Virus record (IMG/VR): IMGVR_UViG_2645727945_000025
Span: 1 to 43,691 of that record
DNA length: 43,691 nucleotides
Strand: one strand, 5' to 3'
From: a virus
Lineage: Duplodnaviria > Heunggongvirae > Uroviricota > Caudoviricetes
Positions 27,327-38,667 of the stretch are shown piece by piece; positions within the stretch are counted from its first letter, which is position 1; every line of letters starts with the position of its first letter. A program made the position numbers and the translations under genes. Under the pieces are notes generated by a model, which saw only the letters and a program-made list of their open reading frames with translations, had not been told where the DNA came from and ran no database searches.

Positions 27327-28621
27327 TGGCATTAAATGAAGGTCAACTGGTCACGTATGCTCTGGATGAAATCATCGAAACCGTCCAGAACCTGACGCCA
27401 ATGGCGTCTAAAGTGACAAAATACACCCCTCCGGCAGAATCCATGCAGCGTTCAAGCAACACCGTGTGGATGCCTGTTGAGCAGGAAGCGCCAACCCAGA
27501 CTGGCTGGGATTTAACTGGCAACGCAACCGGGATTCTGGAACTCTCCGTGAAATGCAACATGGGCGATCCGGATAACGATTTCTTCGAGCTTCGTGCAGA
27601 TGACCTGCGTGATGAGCGTTCTTACCGTCGCCGCATCCAGGCATCCGCCAAAAAACTGGCGAATAACATTGAGTCAGCGATTGCCAAACAGGCAACTGAA
27701 ATGGGCTCGCTTGTTGTTCACGATACCCGCGCAATTGGTCCATCTACTGGCCTGTCTGGCTGGGATTTTGTGTCTGATGCAGAGCGCCTGATGTTCTCCC
27801 GTGAGCTAAACCGCGATATGGGCATCAGTTACTTCCTGAACCCTGACGATTACCGCAAAGCAGGCCGCAACCTGGTAGATGGTGACATCTTTGGGCGCGT
27901 TCCTGAAGAAGCGTATCGCAACGGTACTATTCAGCGTCAGATTGCTGGCTTTGATGAAATTCTTCGCTCACCGAAACTTCCGGCAGTTACCAAGTCAACC
28001 GCTACTGGTGTAACTGTTTCTGGTGCGCAGAAGTTTAAGCCGCAGGCATACACCCTTGATACCGATGGTAACAAAGAGAACGTCGACAACCGTGTTGCAA
28101 CGGTGACCGTATCCTCCACCACCGGATTTAAGCGCGGCGACAAAATCAGCTTCACTGGTGTGAAATTCCTGTCTCAGATGGCGAAGAACGTGCTGACTGA
28201 TGACGCGACTTTCTCAATCACCCGTGTGATCGATGGTACTCACATCGAAATCACGCCGAAGCCGATTGCGCTTGATGACGCTTCACTGACAAAAGAAGAG
28301 AAGGCTTACGCTAACGTAAATACTTCTCTTGCTAATAACACTCCGGTAAACGTTCTGAACGTGGCAACAACCACCGCTAACGTGTTCTGGGCTGATGACT
28401 CAATCCGTCTGCTTTCTCAGCCGATCCCGGTAACCCATGAACTGTTTGCTGGCATGAAAACGTCTTCCTTCAGCATTCCAGGTATTGGTGTTAACGGCAT
28501 CTTCGCAACGCAGGGTGATATCAACACTCTGTCTGGTAAGTGCCGTATTGCTGTGTGGTATTCAGCATGTGCTGTACGACCAGAGGCAATTGGTGTTGGT
28601 CTGCCTAACCAGACCGCGTGA
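27326..28621 (+). CDS. Major coat protein (P22 gp5-like, 431 aa)
   Basis: Recalled high similarity to P22 coat protein. Confidence 0.95.
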   Translation: MALNEGQLVTYALDEIIETVQNLTPMASKVTKYTPPAESMQRSSNTVWMPVEQEAPTQTGWDLTGNATGILELSVKCNMGDPDNDFFELRADDLRDERSYRRRIQASAKKLANNIESAIAKQATEMGSLVVHDTRAIGPSTGLSGWDFVSDAERLMFSRELNRDMGISYFLNPDDYRKAGRNLVDGDIFGRVPEEAYRNGTIQRQIAGFDEILRSPKLPAVTKSTATGVTVSGAQKFKPQAYTLDTDGNKENVDNRVATVTVSSTTGFKRGDKISFTGVKFLSQMAKNVLTDDATFSITRVIDGTHIEITPKPIALDDASLTKEEKAYANVNTSLANNTPVNVLNVATTTANVFWADDSIRLLSQPIPVTHELFAGMKTSSFSIPGIGVNGIFATQGDINTLSGKCRIAVWYSACAVRPEAIGVGLPNQTA

Positions 28622-28665
28622 TAACCAGAGGGAGCTTCGGCTCCCTTTTCTATCTGGAGACAAGC

Positions 28666-28933
<268 letters not shown>

Positions 28934-28956
<23 letters not shown>

Positions 28957-29434
28957 TTTAGTTCTTGCGGCATTACGTAAGCTCGGTGTGGCATCAAATG
29001 CCACGTTAACCGATGTCGAACCGCAGTCTATGGAAGACGGCGTCAACGACCTTGAAATGATGATGGCTGAATGGCTTGGCGGTGATGCGTCACCTGGTAT
29101 CAACGTTGGCTACATTTTTGCTGATGCAGATGTTGCTCCGGATCCGGGCGATGAGCACGGTTTATCAAATAACGCTATCAATGCCGTCATTTTCAACCTT
29201 GCCTGCCGAATTGCTCCAGATTATGCGCTGGAAGCGTCTGCAAAACTTATAACCACTGCCAGATACGGGAAAGAGCGACTCGTCAAACTGTCTGCAATGG
29301 ACAGGGCAAAAGCAGCTAAATGTAAGTCCGGTTATCCAAACCGTATGCCTGTTGGTAGTGGTAACCAGTTTGCGAAGTGGAATGGTTGGAATTACTTCCA
29401 CCGAAAGGAATCTTGCGATAACGGGAGCGAATAA
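28934..29434 (+). CDS. Tail adaptor / head completion protein (P22 gp4-like, 166 aa)
   Basis: Recalled similarity to P22 gp4; real start is internal Met44 of track ORF 28805-29434. Confidence 0.85.
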
Positions 29435-30852
29435 TGCCTATTCAGCAACTTCCGCTTATGAAAGGTGTCGGCAAAGACTTCCGAAACGCCGATTATATCG
29501 ACTATCTGCCAGTGAATATGTTGGCTACACCCAAAGAAATCCTCAACAGTAGCGGATATCTTCGCTCATTCCCGGGCATTGCCAAACGTTCTGATGTGAA
29601 CGGTGTATCTCGAGGCGTCGAGTACAACATGGCGCAGAGTGCTGTATATCGCGTGTGTGGGGGCAAGTTGTATAAGGGCGAAAGTGAAGTCGGCGATGTT
29701 GCCGGAAGTGGTCGTGTATCATTGGCTCATGGTAGGACATCACAGGCGGTTGGCGTTAACGGGCAACTGGTCGAGTATCGCTATGATGGCACGGTTAAAA
29801 CCGTCTCAAACTGGCCTACAGACAGCGGATTCACGCAGTATGAGTTAGGTTCGGTCCGTGACATTACGCGTTTACGTGGGCGTTATGCGTGGTCAAAAGA
29901 CGGTACTGATTCATGGTTTATCACTGACCTTGAAGACGAATCGCATCCTGACCGTTACAGCGCACAATATCGCGCAGAATCGCAGCCGGACGGTATCCTC
30001 GGCATCGGAACATGGCGAGACTTCATCGTCTGCTTTGGTTCATCGACTATTGAATATTTCTCCCTGACTGGCGCAACCACCGTTGGTGCTGCTTTGTATG
30101 TCGCGCAGCCATCGCTGATGGTGCAAAAAGGCATCGCCGGGACTTACTGCAAAACGCCGTTTGCTGATTCCTATGCGTTTATCAGCAATCCGGCAACAGG
30201 TGCGCCGTCTGTATACATCATCGGCTCCGGTCAGGTGTCACCAATCGCCAGCGCGAGCATTGAGAAAATACTACGCTCCTACACTGCTGATGAACTGGCT
30301 GATGGCGTGATGGAATCGTTGCGCTTTGATGCGCATGAGTTGCTGATTATCCATCTTCCGCGCCACGTACTCGTGTACGACGCATCTTCAAGCGCCAATG
30401 GTCCGCAATGGTGTGTACTGAAAACAGGCCTGTATGACGATGTGTACCGCGCTATCGACTTCATTTACGAAGGCAATCAAATAACGTGCGGCGATAAGCT
30501 GGAGTCCGTGACCGGGAAATTGCAATTCGACATCAGCAGCCAGTACGACAAGCAACAGGAACACCTGCTGTTTACTCCGTTGTTCAAAGCGGATAACGCC
30601 AGAGTGTTCGACCTTGAGGTTGAATCGTCAACTGGCGTTGCGCAGTATGCTGACCGCCTGTTCCTCTCTGCAACCACTGACGGCATAAATTACGGGCGTG
30701 AGCAGATGATTGAGCAGAATGAACCGTTCGTTTACGACAAACGCGTTTTGTGGAAGCGAGTAGGGCGCATCAGGAAAAATGTTGGCTTCAAATTGCGCGT
30801 TATCACGAAGTCTCCTGTCACTCTGTCTGGCGCTCAGATAAGGATTGAGTAA
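29434..30852 (+). CDS. Tail hub protein (P22 gp10-like, 472 aa)
   Basis: Size and synteny; recalled similarity to P22 gp10. Confidence 0.9.
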   Translation: MPIQQLPLMKGVGKDFRNADYIDYLPVNMLATPKEILNSSGYLRSFPGIAKRSDVNGVSRGVEYNMAQSAVYRVCGGKLYKGESEVGDVAGSGRVSLAHGRTSQAVGVNGQLVEYRYDGTVKTVSNWPTDSGFTQYELGSVRDITRLRGRYAWSKDGTDSWFITDLEDESHPDRYSAQYRAESQPDGILGIGTWRDFIVCFGSSTIEYFSLTGATTVGAALYVAQPSLMVQKGIAGTYCKTPFADSYAFISNPATGAPSVYIIGSGQVSPIASASIEKILRSYTADELADGVMESLRFDAHELLIIHLPRHVLVYDASSSANGPQWCVLKTGLYDDVYRAIDFIYEGNQITCGDKLESVTGKLQFDISSQYDKQQEHLLFTPLFKADNARVFDLEVESSTGVAQYADRLFLSATTDGINYGREQMIEQNEPFVYDKRVLWKRVGRIRKNVGFKLRVITKSPVTLSGAQIRIE

Positions 30853-31700
30853 TGGCGGATTCGAATCTCAATGTGCCGGTAATCATTCAGGCCACACGGC
30901 TCGACACATCAGTCCTTCCACGCAATATCTTCTCGCAGTCGTATCTGCTTTACGTTATCGCACAGGGCACTGATGTTGGTAATGTGGCGAACAAGGCCAA
31001 CGAGGCCGGACAGGGCGCTTATGACGCACAAGTCAGGAACGATGAGCAGGATGTGATTCTCGCTGACCATGAGCAGCGAATTTCTGCTGCGGAAGCAACG
31101 CTTGTTAATCATGAGGAGCGAATCAGCCAGGCAGAATCAACTCTTCAGGAACATGAAACGCGAATCGCTCAGAATGAAAGCGATATTGCGTCTCTTGATA
31201 CCAGAGTTCAGTCGCTGGAGTCGCAGGTTTCAGACCATGAAACGCGCATCGATGCTCTGGAGTATGCCACTACTCGCAAGAAGTCGGAGGTTGTTTACTC
31301 TGGCGTATCTGTAACCATCCCAACAGCGCCGACCAACCTTGTTAGCCTGCTGAAAACGCTCACGCCGTCATCCGGCACGTTGGCACCATTCTTCGATACC
31401 GTTAACAACAAGATGGTTGTGTTCAACGAGAACAAAACCTTGTTCTTCAAGCTGTCGATCGTCGGGACGTGGCCCAGCGGAACCGCTAACAGATCAATGC
31501 AGCTAACCTTTTCCGGCTCTGTTCCTGACACACTGGTTAGCAGTCGTAATGCGGCGACAACAACCGACAACATTCTGTTAGCTACGTTCTTCAGCGTGGA
31601 TAAAGACGGCTTTCTTGCCACAAATGGCAGTACGTTAACCATTCAGTCAAATGGTGCGGCGTTTACTGCCACAACCATCAAAATCATTGCGGAGCAGTGA
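30852..31700 (+). CDS. Tail needle (gp26-like) with extended C-terminal domain, 282 aa
   Basis: N-terminal gp26-like segment and heptad coiled coil; C-terminal ~140 aa extra domain. Confidence 0.8.
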   Translation: MADSNLNVPVIIQATRLDTSVLPRNIFSQSYLLYVIAQGTDVGNVANKANEAGQGAYDAQVRNDEQDVILADHEQRISAAEATLVNHEERISQAESTLQEHETRIAQNESDIASLDTRVQSLESQVSDHETRIDALEYATTRKKSEVVYSGVSVTIPTAPTNLVSLLKTLTPSSGTLAPFFDTVNNKMVVFNENKTLFFKLSIVGTWPSGTANRSMQLTFSGSVPDTLVSSRNAATTTDNILLATFFSVDKDGFLATNGSTLTIQSNGAAFTATTIKIIAEQ

Positions 31701-32179
31701 TGGAAATAAAGCTCATCGATAATCCGGTGAAGCTTGCAGAATTCCTCAACAACCCGGCAAACACGGGAAATATCGTAGACAGTGGAGATAAATACTACAT
31801 CAAGCCTGATGCGGTATATCTCGGCATCTACGAAGGATTAGTGCTGGCTGGAGTTCATGAAGTGCGTAACTTCTGGCATAGCGTTGTTGAATGCCATGCG
31901 GTGTATGACCCCGGATTCCGTGGAGAATATGCACTGCAAGGGCATCGATTATTCTGCAAATGGCTTCTCGAAAACTCACCATTCCTTAACAGCATCACCA
32001 TGGTTCCTGACACCACCAAATACGGACGGGCAATTATCCGTTTGCTTGGCGCTACCCGTGTTGGTCACCTTGATGATGCTTATACCAGCAATGGAAAGCC
32101 TGTAGGCATCACGATTTATCAGTTACCGCGCTCAAAATACGAGGAGCTAAAGAATGTTAATTTTCCAGATTGCCAATAA
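31697..32179 (+). CDS. P22 gp14-like virion accessory protein
   Basis: Synteny and size. Confidence 0.75.
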   Translation: MMEIKLIDNPVKLAEFLNNPANTGNIVDSGDKYYIKPDAVYLGIYEGLVLAGVHEVRNFWHSVVECHAVYDPGFRGEYALQGHRLFCKWLLENSPFLNSITMVPDTTKYGRAIIRLLGATRVGHLDDAYTSNGKPVGITIYQLPRSKYEELKNVNFPDCQ

Positions 32180-32807
32180 GCACCTCAGCAAAGCTGTGTA
32201 CTGCAAAGGCGGCAGTGATAGCGGAGCAAAAGAGCAGGCCCGCGCAACTGAAAAGGGCATCGAACTGCAGCGTGAAATGTGGCAGACGAACATGCAAAAC
32301 CTTGCACCGTTCACGCCACTCGCTCAGCAGTACGTATCACAGCTGCAGAATCTTTCCTCTCTTCAGGGGCAAGGTCAGGCGCTTAACCAGTATTACAACT
32401 CTCAGCAGTATAAAGACCTTGCAGGGCAGGCGCGTTACCAGAGTCTGGCAGCAGCAGAGGCAACGGGTGGATTAGGCTCTACAGCAACAGGAAACCAGTT
32501 AGCAGCAATCGCACCTACACTCGGTCAAAACTGGCTGTCAGGTCAGATGAACAACTACAACAATCTGGCAAATATCGGCCTTGGTGCTCTTACAGGTCAG
32601 GCAAACGCCGGACAGAACTACGCTAACAACGTCAGCCAACTGTATCAACAGCAGGCGGCAGCATCTGCGGCTAATGCGAATAAACCATCAGGATTTCAGA
32701 GCGCCTTGGGTGGAGCGGCAGCAGGTGCAGCTGCAGGTACTGCAATCATGCCTGGTTGGGGTACAGCAATTGGTGCTGGCGTCGGTCTTCTTGGTTCACT
32801 TTTTTAA
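32154..32807 (+). CDS. Ejection protein (P22 gp7-like)
   Basis: Gln/Asn/Ala-rich low-complexity protein with Gly-rich C-terminus, in synteny. Confidence 0.8.
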   Translation: MLIFQIANKHLSKAVYCKGGSDSGAKEQARATEKGIELQREMWQTNMQNLAPFTPLAQQYVSQLQNLSSLQGQGQALNQYYNSQQYKDLAGQARYQSLAAAEATGGLGSTATGNQLAAIAPTLGQNWLSGQMNNYNNLANIGLGALTGQANAGQNYANNVSQLYQQQAAASAANANKPSGFQSALGGAAAGAAAGTAIMPGWGTAIGAGVGLLGSLF

Positions 32808-32819
32808 TGGAGGTGTCTC

Positions 32820-34232
32820 TTGGCTACATGGCAACAGGCTGGTAATTCAGGCGCGCTTCTTGCCGGGTTAGGCGGCATGAACTCCAACGCTCCAAGAGCA
32901 AGTGATGCAGACGCCACGCTTGCATACATTAGACAGAATAACGAGATGGAGCGTTCAGGACGTAATAACGTTGGCTTGCAGGCTTTGCAGGGCATTTCAT
33001 CTGTCATGGATATGTATAAGCAGATGGATCAGCAGAAGCGACAGCAAGAGTTTCAGCAGGCTTATGCTGATGCATATACATCTGGTGACCGCGATGCAAT
33101 GCGAAAACTGGCATCACAGTATCCTGAGCAGTTTGACGCTGTAAGAAACGGCATGAAATTTGTCGATGAAGACCAGCGTTCCACTGTCGGTACACTGGCA
33201 GCAAGTGCCAGACTCGCAGCTTCATCTCCAGAAGCCATGATGTCATGGTTGCAGAACAACTCATCTGAGCTTACTCGTGCCGGAGTAGACCCTCTGGATG
33301 TGGCGAAAATGTATCAGCAAAATCCACAAGGTTTCACAGAGTTTGTTGATCACCTTGGGATGGCTGCTCTTGGTCCTATTGATTACTTCAATGTTCAGGA
33401 CAAGATGGCAGGTCGTGAGATTGACCGAGGCAGGCTGGCAGAGACAATCCGCAGCAATCAGGCTGGTGAAGCACTTCAGGCGAGAGGGCAAAACCTTTCC
33501 TATCAGTCAGCAATGACTGGGCACAATATCGCAGCACAACGCTTGGCTCTGGATCAGCAAGAGTTCGGGTTTAAGATGCAGCAAGCGCAGGAAAAGGCTC
33601 AGCAGTTGATTAGCGAAGCACCTAAGCTGTCAGTAAACATGGAAAAAGGCATCGAGACGGCTGTAAACAATGCCACAGCATCATCAAACTCAGCCAATTC
33701 TATGAGTGCGCTTGCTCAACAGTTCAGAGCAGAAAAACCAACGACAGGTTTGTTCGGTAACGCACAGAACATGTTCGCAAAACTTACCGGAAGTGATACG
33801 ACATTGCGTGATTTGCGCATTCGCCAAAATGCCCTTGTTAACAGTCAGGTTCTTAAATTCCTACCTCCCGGCCCAGCAACGGATAAAGACGTTGAGATCG
33901 TTCGACAGGGTGCGCCAACTGACATGGATAACCCTGAGACGGTCGCAAGATGGCTTGATGCAATGGCAAACCTTGAGCGACGAAACGCGCAGTTTAATGA
34001 GTTTAAAGCCGAGTGGATGAGCGCGAATGGCAACCCTGGACAATCGCGTAATGGCGGTCAGATATTGGGGTTGGATGTTAAAAAAGGTGAATCATTGGGG
34101 AGTGCCGTTAAGCGGTATATGTCAATGAATACTGACGCAGCTCCAGCACAAGATTCGACACCTTCAGGAGAACCACGGAATCAGGTTGGATCATATACCT
34201 CAAAATCAGGCATTCAATTTACGGTGGAATGA
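32820..34232 (+). CDS. Ejection protein (P22 gp20-like, TTG start)
   Basis: Synteny, size (470 aa), GGAGG RBS. Confidence 0.8.
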   Translation: MATWQQAGNSGALLAGLGGMNSNAPRASDADATLAYIRQNNEMERSGRNNVGLQALQGISSVMDMYKQMDQQKRQQEFQQAYADAYTSGDRDAMRKLASQYPEQFDAVRNGMKFVDEDQRSTVGTLAASARLAASSPEAMMSWLQNNSSELTRAGVDPLDVAKMYQQNPQGFTEFVDHLGMAALGPIDYFNVQDKMAGREIDRGRLAETIRSNQAGEALQARGQNLSYQSAMTGHNIAAQRLALDQQEFGFKMQQAQEKAQQLISEAPKLSVNMEKGIETAVNNATASSNSANSMSALAQQFRAEKPTTGLFGNAQNMFAKLTGSDTTLRDLRIRQNALVNSQVLKFLPPGPATDKDVEIVRQGAPTDMDNPETVARWLDAMANLERRNAQFNEFKAEWMSANGNPGQSRNGGQILGLDVKKGESLGSAVKRYMSMNTDAAPAQDSTPSGEPRNQVGSYTSKSGIQFTVE

Positions 34233-36235
34233 TGAAAGTAACTGCAAACGGTAAGACATTTACCTTTCCTGATGGTACGAGCACCGAAGATATTGGCACC
34301 GCCATTGATGAGTATTTTGCTGGACAGTCAGCGCCAACACAACAAGGTGTTCAGCAATCGCCAGCAGACAACTCACTTGCATCAGGATATGCACAGCTTG
34401 CCACTCAGCAGAAGGAAGGACTAGATCGCTCTGCTGAGCAAGGGGCTGTTTTAGGTGCTGCAATGCGCGATGCCGTTACCGGTGAAAGCCGAATGACACC
34501 AGAAATGGAGAGACTGCAAAATGTTGGGTCTGCTCCAGAGCTTAATAGCTTAAGCACTGATGCGCTGCGTGCTGGATTGGGGCAGCTATTTGGTTCCGAC
34601 GCTTCACAGGAGAAAATACTGCAAAGTATTGGCGGGAAAATCCGGAAGGATGAGAAGGGAAATTCCATAGTCACCCTTCCTTCAGGGGAATATGCACTTA
34701 ACAAGCCTGGTTTGTCACCGCAGGATATAACGTCATTCTTGGCAAATGCTCTTGCATTCACTCCAGCAGGTAGAGCTGCGTCTGTTGTAGGTGCAACACT
34801 AAAATCAGGCGCTACTGATTTAGCTTTACAGGGTGCCACTAAGATCGCTGGCGGTGAGAATGTTAATCCAGTTCAAACTGCAATTTCTGCTGGACTTGGT
34901 GGGGTACTGAAGGGTGTAGAAAACACCGCAAGCGCAGTGTCTCGCTCTGCTATGGGTAAGATTGCTCCTGAAAAACAAGCTCAGATTGACTTTGCCAAGC
35001 AGAACAACTTGCCACTGATGACAACAGATCTTGTGGAACCGGGAACAAATATTGGTAAGCAAGCACGAGCTATGGCTGAGCGAATCCCAATAGCCGGAAC
35101 AGGTGGGATAAGAAATGCACAGCAAAAGGCCAGGGAAGATTTAGTTAGAACATTTAGCGATAATGTTGGCGGAATATCTGACGCACAACTTTACCAATCA
35201 GCTACTCGTGGTCAGCAGCAATTTATTCAGGCTGCTGGCAAGAGGTACGACAGGATCATCAGTTTGATGGGGGATACTCCTGTTGACATCACTGGAACAG
35301 TGAAAGCAATTGATGAGCAGATTTCCAAGTTAACTCGCCCAGGAGTATCGCAAGACCGCTCAGCTGTTTCTGTCCTTCAACAGTTTAGAAATGACATCAC
35401 CAGCGGTCCAAATAACCTGCAATTAGCTAGAGAAAACCGCACAAACTTACGTAAGCGCTTTATGGCAGCACCTGACGAGGTCGATAGAGATACGCTGGAG
35501 AAAGCTGCGCAGTCTGTTTATAACGCATACACAACAGACATGAAAAAAGCGGTTGGCGCAAAACTAGGTGCGAAGGAAGCGCAAAACATGTCGCGTGTTG
35601 ATCGTTCTTGGGCAAAGTTCAACGACATGATGAGCAATACACGTGTCCAAAAAGCTATTCAGAGTGGTAAAACAACGCCAGAAGATGTCACTAAACTAGT
35701 ATTCAGCCAAAGCCCAGCGGAAAGGGCGCAACTTTATAGATTGCTTGATGATAGTGGGCGTCAAAATGCTAGAGCAGCACTTGTTCAGCGTGCAATGGAT
35801 AAGGCGACAAGCGATTCAGGAAAGCTTAGTGTTGAGAAGTTTATTAATGAAATGAAAAGGAATCGGAAGCAGGCTGAGACGTTCTTCAGAGGAGAGCATG
35901 GGAAACAGCTTGATGGGATAATGAAATATCTTGATTCCACTAGACAGGCAGCTACTGCTGCCGCAAGCCCACTGACAGGGCAAATGGTAGCTGGTCCAGC
36001 AGCGCTGATAACAGCTCTTGCGTCTGTTACAAATCCAATGTTTGCAAAAGTTGCGGCAGTTGGAGCTGGTATCGGTATGGCTGGCAGGGGCTATGAGTCA
36101 CGCGCGATGAGGAACGCATTACTAAAGTTAGCAAACACGCCAAAAGGAAGTACTGCTTATGATAGAGCGATCAGACGGGTATCTGAAACTCTTACACCTC
36201 TAATTCAGGCTTCAAGTGAGAAAGCCCAGCAGTAA
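34229..36235 (+). CDS. Ejection protein (P22 gp16-like, 668 aa)
   Basis: Synteny and size; last gene of the plus-strand virion operon. Confidence 0.8.
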   Translation: MMKVTANGKTFTFPDGTSTEDIGTAIDEYFAGQSAPTQQGVQQSPADNSLASGYAQLATQQKEGLDRSAEQGAVLGAAMRDAVTGESRMTPEMERLQNVGSAPELNSLSTDALRAGLGQLFGSDASQEKILQSIGGKIRKDEKGNSIVTLPSGEYALNKPGLSPQDITSFLANALAFTPAGRAASVVGATLKSGATDLALQGATKIAGGENVNPVQTAISAGLGGVLKGVENTASAVSRSAMGKIAPEKQAQIDFAKQNNLPLMTTDLVEPGTNIGKQARAMAERIPIAGTGGIRNAQQKAREDLVRTFSDNVGGISDAQLYQSATRGQQQFIQAAGKRYDRIISLMGDTPVDITGTVKAIDEQISKLTRPGVSQDRSAVSVLQQFRNDITSGPNNLQLARENRTNLRKRFMAAPDEVDRDTLEKAAQSVYNAYTTDMKKAVGAKLGAKEAQNMSRVDRSWAKFNDMMSNTRVQKAIQSGKTTPEDVTKLVFSQSPAERAQLYRLLDDSGRQNARAALVQRAMDKATSDSGKLSVEKFINEMKRNRKQAETFFRGEHGKQLDGIMKYLDSTRQAATAAASPLTGQMVAGPAALITALASVTNPMFAKVAAVGAGIGMAGRGYESRAMRNALLKLANTPKGSTAYDRAIRRVSETLTPLIQASSEKAQQ

Positions 36236-36243
36236 AAAGTTGG

Positions 36244-36588
36244 TTAGCGGTTGATGGTTGCTTTTTTCGGGTCATACCATCTCGGCCATTCTTTCAGGAA
36301 TGGGAATGAGTCAGGTGCGTGGTTCTTTTTGTACGATTTAAGCAGCCTTAACCGCTCAACCGCACACTCATAAACCTCTTGTTGCCCTGTAGTCATCTCG
36401 GTCCATGAAAGGTGATCCATTGATAAGACAACGTTTTCAGCTTCTTTTATGAGGGCGTTTTTATTTCTCACCGCAGCAGCATGGCTGACAGAGCAATCCT
36501 GCCATATTCTTAAAAGCCAAATAGCCAAGCAGATGAAAAAAATGGTAGATAGCGATATATACACACCAACCTCCTTAGTTTTGAGCAT
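36244..36588 (-). CDS. Single-pass membrane protein (114 aa), moron in the sieA slot
   Basis: Track ORF; N-terminal hydrophobic helix VGVYISLSTIFFICLAIWLL; AT-rich; opposite strand to the virion operon. Confidence 0.5.
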   Translation of the reverse strand: MLKTKEVGVYISLSTIFFICLAIWLLRIWQDCSVSHAAAVRNKNALIKEAENVVLSMDHLSWTEMTTGQQEVYECAVERLRLLKSYKKNHAPDSFPFLKEWPRWYDPKKATINR

Positions 36589-36617
36589 GACGAAATTAAC
36601 CAGCCATCAGGCTGGTA

Positions 36618-36800
36618 TTAGTCACATTCTATTTCTTTTGTCGAGGTCCATACATAAGGGTCTGAGCAAACAACCTCACCATTTATCATGACGTCATAGC
36701 CCATTAGATATGAGTTACCACCAACAATCTGAGCGGCTATGACGCTAATGCTGGCGGCGCAGGCTGCACCAAAAACGAAACCAATTAATATATTTTTCAT
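36618..36800 (-). CDS. Small secreted/periplasmic miniprotein (60 aa) with signal-peptide-like N-terminus
   Basis: Track ORF; [17 protein letters not shown] then a Cys-containing mature part. Confidence 0.4.
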   Translation of the reverse strand: MKNILIGFVFGAACAASISVIAAQIVGGNSYLMGYDVMINGEVVCSDPYVWTSTKEIECD

Positions 36801-36831
36801 TTTAATTCCAAATAGTTATAGGATGAAAGTT

Positions 36832-37017
36832 ATGACCATAGAAGAACGTCTGAACAACATTGAGTTGAACCAAACCCTGCTTGACCAGCGACTTTCAGAT
36901 CTTGAGCTTAAAGATCTAGATGCGCAAATATCAGAAGCAGAAGCCAAGCTCTCCAGCCTAAACCACCGCAAGAAGCAAATCCGCAACAGAATTACTCAGG
37001 GACGCGGAAGCTGTTGA
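36832..37017 (+). CDS. Possible coiled-coil miniprotein (61 aa), convergent with the mnt-operon ORF
   Basis: Internal ATG of track ORF 36739-37017 with AGGA RBS; low-complexity heptad-like sequence. Confidence 0.3.
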   Translation: MTIEERLNNIELNQTLLDQRLSDLELKDLDAQISEAEAKLSSLNHRKKQIRNRITQGRGSC

Positions 37018-37201
37018 GGTGGGATGCTAGGTCTCTATCGTTAAAATCAAGGCTGCTAATCATTTCATTGTAGATGGCGTTTTTATCTTCCATTGGCAGT
37101 CTTGAGTAAACCAGACACAGAGCATATTTCAGGGAGTTTAGCTCTTTCTCTAGCTCTTCCTTGCTTGACGTTTTTGACTTAATAAACTGTTTTTTATTCA
37201 T
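36992..37201 (-). CDS. Hypothetical 69-aa protein translationally coupled to mnt
   Basis: Start adjacent to the mnt stop with AAGGA RBS inside the mnt 3' end. Confidence 0.45.
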   Translation of the reverse strand: MNKKQFIKSKTSSKEELEKELNSLKYALCLVYSRLPMEDKNAIYNEMISSLDFNDRDLASHLNSFRVPE

Positions 37202-37434
37202 TTTGCATCCTTACCATACATGGTTTTCAGTGTTTCAAGTAGCGCATCCCTGAATTTGTCAGCCTCTTTCTGAGCAAATTCATTGCTATTAAGCGATCTA
37301 CCACAAACAGCATCTTCGATAATCTGTATTATTTCAGCATTCATGGAACGCTTGTTATGTTGCGCCCTGGCTTTAACCTTTGCCTTTAACTCTTTGGAAA
37401 TCCTGATATTTATTTGCGGCTCTTCGCGTGACAT
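37198..37434 (-). CDS. mnt: Mnt-like ribbon-helix-helix maintenance repressor
   Basis: N-terminal RHH sequence resembling P22 Mnt (..RISKELKAKVKARAQHNKRSMNAEIIQII.DA); divergent from arc. Confidence 0.75.
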   Translation of the reverse strand: MSREEPQINIRISKELKAKVKARAQHNKRSMNAEIIQIIEDAVCGRSLNSNEFAQKEADKFRDALLETLKTMYGKDAK

Positions 37435-37487
37435 ACCACCTCCATAGCATTTTGGTGATATTACTATTGCATCACTGCGATCACAAT

Positions 37488-37504
37488 GGTATAACGGTTA
37501 TACC
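37488..37504. promoter_or_regulatory. 17-bp perfect palindrome GGTATAACGGTTATACC in the mnt-arc intergenic region (candidate operator)
   Basis: Read directly; located between the divergent RHH repressor genes. Confidence 0.45.
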
Positions 37505-37522
37505 AAATTGATTGGAGGTAAT

Positions 37523-37696
37523 ATGATAGTCAAGTCAGACGCACCAAAGTACCCTTTGCGCATCCCATTAGAGGTTAAGTTAGCAATCGAGAAGTCAGCG
37601 AAAGAAAATGGTCGCTCAATAAATACCGAGATGGTAATGCGGTTAGTGGATAGTTTAAGGCGGGATAGTTCTAAAGGTAATCTAGCAAAAAGTTGA
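37523..37696 (+). CDS. arc: Arc-like ribbon-helix-helix repressor (57 aa)
   Basis: GGAGG RBS; RHH motif ...PLRIPLEVKLAIEKSAKENGRSINTEMVMRL; directly upstream of ant. Confidence 0.7.
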   Translation: MIVKSDAPKYPLRIPLEVKLAIEKSAKENGRSINTEMVMRLVDSLRRDSSKGNLAKS

Positions 37697-37726
37697 AGCC
37701 CCAACTGCTGTAACAGTCAGGGCTTC
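37695..37726 (-). terminator. sar-like antisense terminator in the arc-ant intergenic region (approx.)
   Basis: GAAGCCC/GGGCTTC stem; only on the minus strand is it followed by a T-run (AACTTTTTGC). Confidence 0.4.
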
Positions 37727-37758
37727 GGTATCAACAAAACTTACGAGGTATTATTGAT

Positions 37759-38649
37759 ATGTCAAGCTTAGCAAAGTCAACTGTAAATTGCACTAATAGC
37801 ATCATCATTTCTGACGTCAAGATTCATATGGATTCAGAGGGTCGTTACTCGCTTAATGACCTTCATGTAGCGTCTGGAAAGGAGGAAAAACATCAGCCAG
37901 CTTTCTTCATGCGTAGAAATGAAACTATTGAATTGATTAATGAAATTTTTAATTCTGCGGATATGCAGAATAAGAATCCCGTCCTTTCTAAGAAAGGTAG
38001 ATATGGTGGAACCTACGTGTGCAAGGAGCTTGTTTACTCCTACGCCATGTGGATTAGCGCAGCCTTTGCGCTGAAGGTTATCCGTGCATATGACGCAATG
38101 GTTACTACCACACAAGAGAGGAAGGCTATTGGCGGTAAAACTTCAGTAGCTGAACGCACACCGCTACGCGATGCAGTAAACATGTTGGTAGGAAAGAAAG
38201 GACTTCGCTATGACGATGCATACAATATGGTTCATCAGCGTTTTGGTATTGACAGCATTGATGAACTTTCAATTGAACAAATCCCGCTGGCCGTAGAGTA
38301 CATCCACAGGGTAGTGCTTGAAGGTGAATTCATCGGCAAACAAGAGAAGAAAACCAACGAGCTTTCTGCAAAAGAAGCAAACAGCCTTGTATGGCTATGG
38401 GATTATGCCAACCGCTCACAGGCATTATTCCGCGAACTGTATCCGGCGCTGAAACAAATTCAATCGAACTATTCCGGCAGATGTCATGACTGCGGTTATG
38501 AGTTCTCCCGTATTATCGATATAGCGAGAGACGTTTTAATCAATCACTCACGAGATGTTGATATCAATGAGCCAGACGGACCAACGAATCATTCCGCATG
38601 GATGAGACTTAAGAATAAAGAATTACCTCCTTCAGTACATAACTACTGA
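37759..38649 (+). CDS. ant: Antirepressor Ant (296 aa)
   Basis: Size and position after arc; KilA-N-like N-terminus. Confidence 0.85.
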   Translation: MSSLAKSTVNCTNSIIISDVKIHMDSEGRYSLNDLHVASGKEEKHQPAFFMRRNETIELINEIFNSADMQNKNPVLSKKGRYGGTYVCKELVYSYAMWISAAFALKVIRAYDAMVTTTQERKAIGGKTSVAERTPLRDAVNMLVGKKGLRYDDAYNMVHQRFGIDSIDELSIEQIPLAVEYIHRVVLEGEFIGKQEKKTNELSAKEANSLVWLWDYANRSQALFRELYPALKQIQSNYSGRCHDCGYEFSRIIDIARDVLINHSRDVDINEPDGPTNHSAWMRLKNKELPPSVHNY

Positions 38650-38667
38650 CAGATAACCAACGCAACG

